Of a stretch of 64,000 bases of DNA, positions 49,476 to 60,086 are shown piece after piece. The stretch spans positions 197,163,886 to 197,227,885 of the forward strand of contig NC_068981.1 of NCBI RefSeq assembly GCF_001194135.2. Reading direction: 5' to 3'. A program made the position numbers and the translations under genes. The notes under the pieces were generated by a model, which worked only from the letters and a program-made list of their open reading frames with translations, was not told the DNA's origin and ran no database searches. How positions within the stretch are numbered: position 1 is the stretch's first letter; each line of letters begins with the position of its first letter. The stretch is from Octopus bimaculoides (lineage: Eukaryota).

Positions 49476-52400
49476 TAATGTGATTGTCCCCACCCTCATC
49501 ATTACCGCTTGACAACCAATGCCGGTGTGTTTACGTCCCTATAACTTAGCAGTTTGACAAAAGACACCAATAGAATAAGTACCAAGCTTTAAAAAATAAG
49601 TCCTGAGGTCGATACATCCGACTAAAAATTCTTCAAGGTGGTGTCCCAGCATGGTCACAGTCTAATGACCGAAACAAGTAAAAGGTAATTCTGGTAGTGT
49701 AGCAATAAGAACAAGGGCAGCCAGTCTTTAAGGTTTGGAGGAGAACGATAAACAAGAGAGAGCCAAGAACTGATCCTTGGTGAACTCCTACCTCTACACT
49801 AAAATCTTGGCTATATTCATTGCCAGCCCTCACCTTACTGACAGTATCCCTGTAAATGGCTTGTTCAACTCTCACCAATCACTCATCTATCTCTAGCTTC
49901 TGCATTGCCCACTAAATAAGGCAGTGAGAGACCCTGGGGATCTTGTTAAAGGCTTGTAGCTTAATAATTTTATAAGTTTTCTGCAAATATTAAGATTCCA
50001 ATTAAATTACTATCATCATCATCATCATCTTATCACAGCCACGTTTCTATGTTTCCATGAATCACACAGTTTGTTGAGGCAGATTGTTTTACAGCCGGAT
50101 GCCCTTCCTGTTGACAACCTTTATATTTTTATAGACAAGGTAATAACTCCCCCATGACCAGACACATTTCCAGGGAAGTTTGGAAAGAAATACATTGCTT
50201 CTACAATGGTGATGCTCATTTAATGTGATGTAAGCCAAGGAGACGCCTGCAAACACACACACACAGATGACAGGCTTCTTTCAGTTTCCACAACCAAATC
50301 CTTTCAGAAGGCTTTGGTCAGTCCCGGGCTATAGGGAAGACACTTGCTTAAGATGCTCCATGGTGTGACTGAACCCCCAGCCTGTGTGGTTGGGAAGCAA
50401 ACTTCTTAACTGCAAGGCCAAACTTGCACATAAAAAGAAATAAAATAGTAAAGATTTTTTTTTAAATGCCACAAATTCAATTCTATCAATACTCTTCCAA
50501 TTACAGCAGATATTGCATAAATTTGTCTACAAATTATAATAGAGATTCGTTTGGCTTCACTTTTCAGCCATAACCGACATCATACATGAATTGCCTCCCT
50601 TGAATGGTCGGCTGAAAACATTCCCAATCGTTCCCTGACCAGGTTATGTTCTGTAACTTATTTTAGGGCTAGCACGTATGAGCCTTTATTGGAGACTCCT
50701 CTGTGGGATGGGACAAGTAGAGGGAGAGCCATTTTCAAACTAGGGACCTGGGACACACCAAATGAATTTTAATATCAAAGATGGGACTAATTAACGATCT
50801 GTTGGTGTTTATGGCCACATGTCTGCCCTAAAGAACAAACCTCTGATCAGAGGAGGAGGAGGAGATAGTAACATATGATAAAAAGAACTGGAGGTTCCTA
50901 CAGGACAACTTAATGAGGGTCACTGTACTAGTTTGTGGCTGGTGCAAAGTCACCTTCAGACCTAAGGTGATATGGTGGTCAAACAGTGAAGTAGACAGGG
51001 CCATTTGAGCAAGGAACAAGACTGGAAGAGTGATGGTAGCAGAGAATTATATCAAGTAGCCTGAAGGGAAGCTAAGAGGCAGGTAGTTTTAACCGGGAGA
51101 GAAGCAGAAAGGAAGAAGGTGTTTCAGAGAAAATTGTGATGTTGTAGGAGAGAAGGGTTTGCATGGACGATGGCTCACTTGCAGTCAGTGATTCTGCAAA
51201 GAGGCATGGAAATACCATTATGAAAGCTTGCTCAATGTAGAGAACTCATGGAAGGAGAGCCTGCCTAATGTGGGCCCAACAGAGGGACCAGCAATCAGAA
51301 TAGACAGTAGCTGGGTGGATAAAGCTATGAACGATATGAAGACAAAGGAAGCCTCTAACCCATCGGGAATCACTGCTGAGATGCTTAAAATATCTGGCGG
51401 AGTGGGATATGGCCTGGTCACTCATATAGTTGATCGGGTTATCCACGAAGGAGTCATAACCAACAACTGGTGTAGCAGTACCATAATCAAATTGCTACAA
51501 AGGTAAAGGTGATGTCTTAAAAATAATTACAGAAGTATCAAATTGCTGAGCCAGGTGATGAAAGTCACAGAAAGGGTCACAGCTTAATTAATTAGGAAGA
51601 GAATTAACCTAGATGAGATGCAGTTTGGTTTTGTGCCAAAGCCATGGAAAAAGCCACTGGCAGGGTATCTGGCTCCCTTACCAGGTAGTCAATGTGGAAG
51701 CTAGGGATAGGTGAGTGGTTGGTGAGAGCTGCACAAGCCATGTACAGGGATGCTGCCAGTAAGGTGTAAGTCGGAATTGAGTAGAGCTAAGAAATTAGTG
51801 TACAGGTGGGAGTTCACCAAAAATCAGTTCTCAGCCCCTCAACACAGAGATTTAAGACTGGTTGCTCTTGAGAGTTCCTCTATGTTGATGACCTTGTTCT
51901 TATTATTGAATCACTACCAGAACTAGAGAAGAAATTTCAGGTGTGGAAGCAAGACTTGTCTATTTATCCCCCCCCCCCATCCAACATAAAAAGGTGAGTG
52001 CATTTAAGGAAATCCACTCTGTTGCAAGTATTTGGAGCCAGGTCCCTAGCTTGAAAATAACTCTCCCTCTACTTGTCCCATCCCACAGAGGAGTCTCCAA
52101 TAAAGGGTCATACGTGCTAGCCCTCTTTCTATCTGACTAAATGAAATAGAAAACTGATATCCAGCATTTGAAGAATCATGTCCACTAACCAGCGCTAACC
52201 AAACGCAATGAGATCTTAAGTTGAAAAAAAAAAAAGATTGAAAAATACAGAATTGCAGAGGATGAATTTTGAAGAGGAATAACTTTACCAGGATGGTCAT
52301 TAAATTGAGAAATCTTACAGCAGACAGACAATGGAGCAATGACTGAATTTTATTAACCGTTTATATTGACGATCATCAACATGCGATCCTTGGATCTTTA

Positions 52401-54442
52401 TTTCTCAATATCAGAAACTCTTGTAGGTGCAGGTGAGGATGTGTGATAAAAAATATGCTTCCCAATAACATGATTTTGGGTTCAGTCCCACTGAGTGACA
52501 CTTTGGGTGTCTTCCACTATAGCCTCGGCCCGACCAAAGCCTTCTGTGCACAGTGAGAGAGAGATACACACATATTCTGTTCTTGTTTGTTCAGATTTCT
52601 GAAAACATGCCATTCTTCGCGATAGCAGACAAGCTCCAGTTTCGGAAGAGAACAGACTGTGGACTCCTCTACGGCAAGTCCTCATTTGGTGGATAAGGGA
52701 ACAACCTCTAAATTTAGGAGTCAACAGAGAATAAGAAAATAAGCTGTCCTGGGCGAAATACTGTCTACCCTTTGGCAAGGTATAACACCTGTAAGCCACC
52801 TGGCCTAAGGTGGATGGGTAGTCTTAGGTAAACAGACGTTATCCATTGACTAACGATGTTGGGAAGAGGAAACTTTGTGGAGATCAACGGAAAGGATCAC
52901 CAAGTGTATTCCTACTGATGTCTCAGACAATCGGCGACCATGGACATTTTTAGCAATTAAAGATTTGTACCACACACAGTGTGTATTTACATATGTATGT
53001 ATATGTAATCATTTTATATTCGGGTATACCCCTTTTAGTATGCAGTTTAAAGCCCCACACACTGTATTTGGCTACCTGATGTCATCAACAGTACGAAGGT
53101 ATATGCCACTGGATTTACTTCAGGAATTTCTTGTAGGTACGTATATTATATATATATGGTATATTTTGATCCTTTCACCCGCATGATTTTCACAAAGAAG
53201 AAAAAAAAATAAACTCGGATTTTTTGCGTGTAATCAAGTACCCCGACTGCCTAATATGCTGCAAATCCTGGTACTACTCAAGCAGAGCGGACCCGAACGC
53301 GCAGTCCTTTTTCTGAGTGACATGTACTTGTCGTCAAATGAAAATTCAATCTTTTCAACGTGCTATTGACGGAGTTATTTGGCGATGTAATTCATGCAGT
53401 AAAACAATCTCTATAAGGAAAAATACTTTTTTAGAGAAATGCCACTTGATAGTGTTTACACTATTTCAAATAATAGCAGACTTTATATCTGAATTGCCAG
53501 TAACTTGTTCCATGAGTTGAAACAATATTAGTAACGACACGGCCATTCTATGGTACGAATACTGCCGAGAAATATGTTCAGCCATGTTACTGAAAGATAA
53601 GAAAAAATNNNNNNNNNNNNNNNNNNNNNNNNNNNNNNNNNNNNNNNNNNNNNNNNNNNNNNNNNNNNNNNNNNNNNNNNNNNNNNNNNNNNNNNNNNNN
53701 NNNNNNNNNNNNNNNNNNNNNNNNNNNNNNNNNNNNNNNNNNNNNNNNNNNNNNNNNNNNNNNNNNNNNNNNNNNNNNNNNNNNNNNNNNNNNNNNNNNN
53801 NNNNNNNNNNNNNNNNNNNNNNNNNNNNNNNNNNNNNNNNNNNNNNNNNNNNNNNNNNNNNNNNNNNNNNNNNNNNNNNNNNNNNNNNNNNNNNNNNNNN
53901 NNNNNNNNNNNNNNNNNNNNNNNNNNNNNNNNNNNNNNNNNNNNNNNNNNNNNNNNNNNNNNNNNNTTTACGTTGTTTAGAAAATAAAAATTATTTTGTT
54001 CACAAAATTTAATTAAAAGAAAAAAAATGTATGAAGTTAACAAAAACAGATAGTGTGTTATTTTTATTCCTTCTACCTATCTACGTTGTTTAGAAAAGAA
54101 AAAAGTAATTTTTTAAAAATTATTTACTTTGTTTAAAAGAAATTATTTACTAATTTGCATACGCGCGCACGCGCACACATGTATTCATTTGCGCGCGCGC
54201 GCACTTTTCGTAGGGTCGGCCACTCACGACTAGCTAGCGCGGACGCGCGACTGCGCGTTCGGATCCGCTCTGCTTGAGTAGTACCGCAAATCCCCTATTT
54301 TGGTTCGGAAAAAAATGGGGGGAACCGCCCCCCCTCCATATCCCGGAATTATTGGAAATATATATATATACCAGTTACGCTCGCGCGCGCGCACGAACAC
54401 ATAAACACAAACGCATATATATATATATAATCTATCTATCTA

Positions 54443-54518
<76 letters not shown>

Positions 54519-54898
54519 TTTAACCAACAGGTTCTGGGATCTGATGATACGCCATAAAGCTAAGCCCTTTATGGACGTGAATATATATCGGCCGGTCTAG
54601 GCCCAGGTCATGTCTAACTTAATAACACCATCTAGTAAAGTATTTTAGTCATATATACGATTGCAGCGTGGAAGGTGTTTATAAGCCATTTAAAAACACA
54701 CAAAAACCGTTAGATTCACTTCGACATCTAAATTTCATTTGTCAAAACATTAAAACATTTTCGTCGCTTTGAAACCGAAACCTTTCCATTGACAAAATTC
54801 CCGCGCGCGCGCGTGCAAAAATATACACGTAACTGACATATGCATAGATATAAGATGCCATGCTAGTATTATTACTTTCAAAATGTTTTACCTGACAT
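31518..54898 (-). CDS. CENPK: Centromere protein K (CENP-K), complete spliced CDS complement(join(31518-31679,33536-33586,35766-35813,38282-38351,40368-40463,42175-42304,42824-42932,43559-43603,45666-45706,54892-54898)), 759 nt, 252 aa
   Basis: Ten AG/GT exons with matching phases give [31 protein letters not shown]...[14 protein letters not shown]...[60 protein letters not shown]. The C-terminus matches my recollection of the vertebrate CENP-K pattern (LGEFLEDHFP...ILINRLFDVPHDPYV...YVELLLRNGIALRHP..RIRL), and the N-terminal CEDLW matches CEEMW. Confirm with the Pfam CENP-K HMM. Confidence 0.85.
33536..33586 (-). CDS. CENPK: CENP-K exon 9
   Basis: ttttgcag|TTT...ATG|gtaag; [17 protein letters not shown]. 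Confidence 0.88.
33715..33850. mobile_element. piggyBac-type (TTAA) MITE, 136 bp
   Basis: TTAA|CCCTTTGAGCCTG...CAGGGTTCAAAGGG|TTAA. Confidence 0.8.
34318..35420 (-). mobile_element. Tc1/mariner DD37D (maT) transposase pseudogene
   Basis: [39 protein letters not shown]; 37 residues between the 2nd and 3rd catalytic Asp; TA-CAGGGTG end at 34316-34325. Confidence 0.88.
35766..35813 (-). CDS. CENPK: CENP-K exon 8
   Basis: ttttccag|GTT...TTG|gtaag; [16 protein letters not shown]. Confidence 0.9.
36540..36741 (+). mobile_element. tRNA/hammerhead SINE (copy 2, partly decayed ribozyme)
   Basis: Same layout: B box 36564-36572, CTGATGAA 36652-36659, GGCTG/CAGCC, GAAA. ACGT has become ACAT and the stem I 3' strand GTGTT has become GTATT. 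Antisense within CENP-K intron 7. Confidence 0.8.
38282..38351 (-). CDS. CENPK: CENP-K exon 7
   Basis: gacag|A TAT...CTG|gtaag; (K)[23 protein letters not shown]. Confidence 0.9.
39081..39304 (-). mobile_element. tRNA-derived SINE family C with 9-bp TSD, nested in an RTE-tail copy
   Basis: TGTAGAAAC at 39072-39080 and 39305-39313; head gagctggcagaatcgttagc..gagttcaaattcc, central tttgcctttcatcctttcggggtcgataaattaagtaccag. Other copies about 9150-9385, 9430-9630, 10200-10620, 30890-31080, 32505-32750, 38545-38745, 43990-44190, 45290-45485, 58025-58150. Confidence 0.85.
40368..40463 (-). CDS. CENPK: CENP-K exon 6
   Basis: ttttcag|A GAA...AAC AA|gtatg; (Q)[31 protein letters not shown]. Confidence 0.88.
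41100..41395 (+). mobile_element. CR1/L2-like LINE 3' end fragment
   Basis: Frameshifted [36 protein letters not shown], a typical CR1-group C-terminus. Confidence 0.55.
42175..42304 (-). CDS. CENPK: CENP-K exon 5
   Basis: tttcag|GT TTA...CAA CA|gtgag; (G)[42 protein letters not shown]. Confidence 0.9.
42440..42823. repeat. Compound (AGT/GGT/GCA)n trinucleotide microsatellite filling most of CENP-K intron 4
   Basis: Directly visible; begins at the donor GT on the minus strand. Confidence 0.95.
42824..42932 (-). CDS. CENPK: CENP-K exon 4
   Basis: atacag|GCT...GAA G|gtact; [36 protein letters not shown]. Confidence 0.85.
43284..43477 (+). mobile_element. 5' terminal fragment of the same maT family
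   Basis: TA|CAGGGCGCGATGGGTAAATTGTCGCCATTTT; colinear with the reverse complement of 63640-63838. Confidence 0.8.
43559..43603 (-). CDS. CENPK: CENP-K exon 3
   Basis: ttttgtag|GTT...AAA|gtaag; [15 protein letters not shown]. Confidence 0.85.
43659..43955. mobile_element. hAT-type MITE
   Basis: Ends CAAA..ACCATTAATC / GATTAATGGT..TTTG; 8-bp TSD TTGAAATA/TTAAAATA; GTTAAC-rich interior. Confidence 0.6.
44738..45251. mobile_element. hAT-type MITE with a nested RTE-tail copy
   Basis: Perfect 8-bp TSD CTGTATAC (44730-44737, 45252-45259); ends AAGGGGTTCCCAATC / GATTAGGAATCACTG. Confidence 0.75.
45666..45706 (-). CDS. CENPK: CENP-K exon 2
   Basis: tttgcag|GT GAC...AAA|gtaag; (G)[13 protein letters not shown]. 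Confidence 0.75.
46750..46882. mobile_element. Palindromic (inverted plus forward) 3'-end remnant of the hammerhead SINE with TAATTAG target-site duplication
   Basis: Arms 46776-46821 and 46841-46877 are reverse complements; TAATTAG at 46743-46749 and 46883-46889; the forward part matches the tail of copies 1 and 2. Confidence 0.7.
47329..47560 (+). mobile_element. Tc1-like 3' terminal fragment
   Basis: [23 protein letters not shown] followed by GGCCACCCTG|TA. Confidence 0.65.
49690..49940 (-). mobile_element. RTE LINE RT fragment
   Basis: [30 protein letters not shown]. Confidence 0.7.
50830..51955 (+). mobile_element. RTE-clade LINE RT fragment, decayed
   Basis: [65 protein letters not shown]. 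Confidence 0.8.
53270..54285 (+). mobile_element. Merlin (IS1595/ISXO2-like) DNA transposon, deletion derivative, gap inside
   Basis: 37-bp TIRs GGTACTACTCAAGCAGAGCGGA(C/T)CCGAACGCGCAGTC at both ends; 9-bp TSD GCAAATCCT/GCAAATCCC; transposase N-terminal remnant [38 protein letters not shown] with an internal stop. Confidence 0.88.
54892..54898 (-). CDS. CENPK: CENP-K first coding micro-segment (ATG TCA G)
   Basis: Minus strand cgtgtcgctATGTCAG|gtaaaa; phase 1 matches exon 45666-45706; lies in a CpG-rich region. Best candidate start, not proven. Confidence 0.6.
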
Positions 54899-54899
54899 A

Positions 54900-55090
54900 G
54901 CGACACGGAGGAGGGATTCTGATGGTCTTTTGTCCTCTCTATTTCTTTCCTCGAAACACTTGTGTCAACTCCACCAAACCTCAGACTTTCAAAACTTTCT
55001 AAATATTTCATTGACAACAAAAATATTTAAATACCGCGCACTGGTGCTGCCCTCTCACGGCTACCAGTACGCGCGCGCGCACACAAACAC
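54900..55090 (-). promoter_or_regulatory. Putative CENP-K proximal promoter / 5' UTR with CHR-like TTTGAA
   Basis: CpG-retaining segment immediately upstream of the ATG; TTTGAA on the minus strand at 54988-54993; TATTTAAA near 55024; TTCCCGCG near 54798 in early intron 1. These are short motifs and chance matches are possible. Confidence 0.4.
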
Positions 55091-55172
55091 ATACATACAA
55101 ACGCATATATATATATAATATATATATACATATATATAACCATATATATATATATATAACCATATATATATA

Positions 55173-55227
<55 letters not shown>

Positions 55228-55265
55228 TATAACCATATATATATATATATAACCATATATATATA

Positions 55266-55304
<39 letters not shown>

Positions 55305-55415
55305 CATATATATACACATATATATATATAATCTATATATATATAATACATATATATATGTATATATATATATATATATATGTATTATATATACTGTATA
55401 TAATATATATATATA
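55089..55415. repeat. Compound (TA)n microsatellite
   Basis: Directly visible. Others: (TA)n 13955-13992, 49415-49470, 54415-54515; (ATAC)n 41830-42008; (TAC/TGC)n 55856-55982; (TATC)n 62404-62472; (GA)n 23486-23517. Confidence 0.95.
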
Positions 55416-55699
55416 CGAAACATCACCGACTTAATAGAATACACTCGGCCAAGGTGCCACGCAGTGGGACTGAACCCAAAACCGCATGCGAACCTCTTAA
55501 ACACACAGCCAGTCACACACACACACATGCAGTGCTATGGATAAAAGTTGTGTGTAAAACAGTGTTTATTCTTCCAATTGGCTGTGCAAAGCCCCAGATT
55601 TGTGTGGAGGCGAAGTTAGTCGATTAAATAGCCTCGGTGACGGCTACTTCGTTTCTATCAAACCCCGAGATAGATGAAAGGCAAGGATTTCGTTGTTTA

Positions 55700-55835
55700 A
55701 TCGGAAGTAAACAACGGTAAAACTCTCAACACATCCGCTGTTATTATTGTATTTAAGTTACTTCATGCATCGCACCATTATTCTGTTTGCATCAGCGAAC
55801 ACACACACGACTACGTTATTTTCGCGCCCATTTTA
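55700..55835. promoter_or_regulatory. CpG-rich segment with ETS (CGGAAGT 55702-55708) and E2F (TTTCGCGC 55820-55827) sites
   Basis: Exact consensus matches in a locally CpG-rich, non-repetitive-looking stretch about 0.8-0.9 kb upstream of the CENP-K ATG. Confidence 0.4.
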
Positions 55836-56289
55836 CAAATTCTTCTCAAAGTCGTTACTACCACTGCTGCTGTTACTACTACCAATATTACTATTGCTGC
55901 TGCTGTTACTACTACTACTACTACCACCACTATTACTACTACTACTACTACTACCACCACTACTACTACTACTACTACTACTGTCGCGGATGTTGTGTCT
56001 GTCTATTTATATTTACTAATGTTATTCAGTTCAACAATTTTCTTTGACTTATACTGAGATCATCTCGTCTTATTTCCAGGCATGGAAAAAAAATCTCACA
56101 GATCGAATCATCACACACATGCGCTCGTATACGTGTATGTATGTGGAGTGGCGTTGCTTAGTGGTTAGGATGTTGCACTCAAGATTGTATGATTGTGGTT
56201 TCGATTCCGAGAGCGGGCGGTGCCTTGTGTTCTTGAGCAACACACTTCATTTCATGTTGTTCCAGCCCACTGAAAAAAAATGATTCTGC

Positions 56290-56715
56290 GACTGACCAGT
56301 GTCCCTTCCGGAGGAAGGCGAAGATATAAGCCACAGAATCCTGAAAACCGGCCTTATGAGCTGGATGCTCTGTGATCGCTGTGAAGAATTATGTGACATG
56401 GACAGCTGCTACGAAGTCGTGGCCAGCACTAAGAGACACAGTAGGCATTCTGACTGCATCCACACGCCGCGATTCATCCCCGAATCAATGAATAGAGTCT
56501 TAGGGTCAATTCAGATAGCTGCTGGAGACTGTGGCCAATCCCAAGCTCAAGGCGGAGTTGCTGCTGGAAGACCACATGTAAGGTAACAGGAATTGGCTTC
56601 TTGCCATATCTCCAGAAAGAGTCAAAAGTGGTTGCTTGAGAATTTCTATGACCAGCCCAAATTTCTGGTCCCCTAATATTCACGGTTGTTATCCCGTGGA
56701 TTACTGTGTTTGATG
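56290..56715 (+). mobile_element. maT transposase fragment, deleted and decayed
   Basis: STKRHSRHSDCIHTP..GVAAGRPHVR..SCHISRKSQKWLLENF..PNFWSPN..PVDYCV. Confidence 0.75.
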
Positions 56716-58794
56716 GGGGGGGGGGGGCTGAAAAAGACACCAACTCTTCTCCCAGCCATACCAAGGCCAAGCTGGTCAAGATCAAGGAGATATTTGAAAA
56801 TCTTCTCAGAGGACACAGGAACAAATGTACCAGATTCCAGAGCTGTCTTCAGCAAGTTGAGGGTGGCCACCTTGAGTAAACTGCTGTCGCACAGCTACAT
56901 TCAAGTTGATATTTTGATTTTTTTTTTAAATATTTTAAATTTTTGGATGAGATATTGTGTTTGCATTTTATGCAGAGTCTCTATATACATTCTTGTATTC
57001 TTTTACCTGTTTCAGTCGTTTGACTGCGGCCATGCCGGAGCACTGCCTTCAAAGGTTTTAGTCAAAGAAATCGACCCCAGGACATATTCTTTGTAAGCCC
57101 AGTACTTATTCTATCGGTCTCTTTTGCTAAACATCTAAGTTACAGGGACTTAAACACACCAGCCCGAAGCGACGGTCGAAGACACTTGTCCAAGGTGCTA
57201 TGCAGTGGGATTGAAAACGGAACCACGGCAGCTGGGAAGCAAGCATCTTACCACACAGCCACGTCTGTATAATTTAAGTAAAAGTGAGACATGAGAAATA
57301 ACTCTCATCGCTTGTGGCAAGTATTTCAACAACATAGACAAATACAGATGTATCAAATAACATACAACATAAATTCTAGATTTATGAGAATCATCACCTC
57401 TACAAGATGTACCATAATTAGTAAATGGCAATTGAGACCAGCTCCACTTGAGAAGGGGGAATAATCTCAAGATTAAAGAATTCTCCAAAGTTGACAGGTT
57501 TATTGTCTGGAGATAAGAGGAGAGTCATGAGCACACATGTTCCTGGTTCTATTGCTGACATCAGCACATATGCACCTATGTACAGGATGTGAAATTTTTT
57601 TCCCACAATAGTTCCGGACCCCAGTAATAAACTCATTTGCATACAACCAATCAGAGCCCACCTTGAAAATCCACATACTGTGTACTAGTACAGTACAACC
57701 AGTCAGGCATAGAATGGTGTATGTCACTCTGTGAGTACAGCATTGCAAGTCTCACATAAGCACCACATCCCTCCTCCCACCACCATCCTCATAGATCAAT
57801 TGAGCACCATCTCTATATGGAGCTAACATTAGGTACCTATGCTCAGACTGAGATTAGTGATACTGCATGTATCCACTGAGATATGCTAAGTGGGCACACT
57901 ATGACACAACACCATATTGATTATGATGTTCCCAGATCAACAGCAACATTTTAAATTAGGAATGTACAAAATCAGTCAAAAAATTAAGAAACTACACTCA
58001 TTTACGTTTTCTAGCAAATAACACAAATTGTTTTCTACTCTAGGCACAAGGCCTGAAAGTTTTGGGGGAGTTGATTAGATTGACCACAGTATGCAACTGG
58101 TACTTAATTTATCGACCTTGAAAGGATGAAAGGCAAATGTTGACCTCAGCAGCAAATTACATAAATTGGCAACACTTCTGGCATCATTGGGGAACAGCTC
58201 TCCATTCACTTTATACACTAAATTTCACATTTGTCTCCCCTATTAACCTGTTTAGAATGGTTTTGTTATAATGCACATTTTCCATTGAACTCAACCAGAG
58301 TATTTTCATAAATAGGTGGACACTAGTTTGGTAGTTGAGCTCTGATTGTCTTTATGCAAATGAGTTCATAACTGGGGCCTGGAACTCACGGGAAAAAAAA
58401 TTCGCATACAGGACCTCCAAGATAACTTTGTCTGTTCAGAATTCACAGCAGCTATAAGTTGTGTTTTTTTTATTCTTTATCACGTGACTCTGAAGATAGC
58501 CACAGGCACTGAACCAATGTCCTGGTTGTACACACCATCTTATAAACCAGGCATTGGCAAACATCTGATACCATTGACTCCCTTCATGAAATCATTGATA
58601 ACTTACCAACTCCTATTATGTAAATTTCTAAAATAAAATTGAAAAGTATAATTAATAAAAGATTCTTTAATTTGAACATAATTTGGGGGTGGTGTGGAAG
58701 GGGTTCATTACCACCTTTCAATAAGATATATTTTAAAAATTTAATGAAGATACTTAACAAAATTAATATGGCACAATAAAAATTCAGTCGTATT

Positions 58795-59060
58795 ATATTC
58801 CTGCTGGCCACAGGTGCATAAGCTCTGTTGCAGCAGTCCATGTTATGTCTTACAACCGTTTCAGTGTTCACAGAGCATTGAGCAGCAGTCATGATGTCAG
58901 TGTTGTGACACCAGGTGTGAATCATCATGACACAGGTAACTCTTTTCCAATATTCAGATAGCTTCCACTCCTCCATGTCAATAAACTTTTTCTCAACTAC
59001 AGCTTTAATCTTTATGCTCTCCAACGCCGTTGACTGTTCACCTCAAGTTACCTCAAGCTG
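58795..59060 (-). mobile_element. maT transposase N-terminal fragment
   Basis: WKLSEYWKRVTCVMMIHTWCHNTDIMTAAQCSVNT, homologous to the N-termini of the other maT copies. Confidence 0.55.
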
Positions 59061-60086
59061 TTCCTGATAAAAGGAGACATAAAAATTTGTCAAATTTAGC
59101 CTGAACACCCTACATGGAAAAATGAACATTAAAGGATCATGACCATGATCATGATGATATATGCACATCATCATCGTCCTCATTTAACGTACATTTTCCA
59201 TGCTAACATAGGTCGGACAGCTTGACAGGAGCTGGCAAACAAGAAGACTGCTCTAAGCTCCACTGTCTGTTTTGGTACGGTTTTTACAGCTGGATGCCCT
59301 TCCTAATGCCAACCACTTTAAAAGGTGGACTTGGTGCTTTTGACATGACACCAGCACTGGCAAGCTCTGTTTCTGCATACATAAATATATAATATATATC
59401 ATCATCATCATCGTTTAACATCCGTTTTCCATGCTAGCATGGGTTGGACAGTTTGATTAAGGACTGGTGAGCCAGAAGGCTGCACCAGGCTCTAATCTTA
59501 TCTGGCAAGGTTTCTACAGCTGGATGCCCTTCCTAACATTAACCATTCCGAGAGTGTAGTGGGTGCTTTTTACATTCCACCGGCACAAGGGATAGTAAGG
59601 TGGTACTGGCATCGACCACACTCGAATAGTGCATTTTGTCACTGGCACGGGTGCCAGTCAGGTGGCACTGATATATCTCAATAAAGGTATATTAAAAATA
59701 CAAGATAAATTCTTCATTTATTAAAGTTACTTTTGCTTCCAGAAAAGGTAGAACAATCACTTGGGACTAACTCCAAATGGGATAGGGAGATAATCTCAAG
59801 ATGATACTTGGTAAAACTGAGATACCAGAACTAAGGTGGTTTAAAGTAAATAAAAGAACTTGGAATCTCTGCAAATGAAACAGGAGAGAATAGAATGGTA
59901 AAGCTACTTTATATATTGCACATTAGTCAGCAGCATAATTGAATATTGAAATATTTTCAACAACAAACATGTATTAGAAAACCTTAGATGAATCTATTGT
60001 AGTTAAACTACAGTTTGTAATGCTTATGTTGTAAAAAATTCAACAAATGTGAGTACAATATGTTAATCCTTTCACACAGCAATGTA

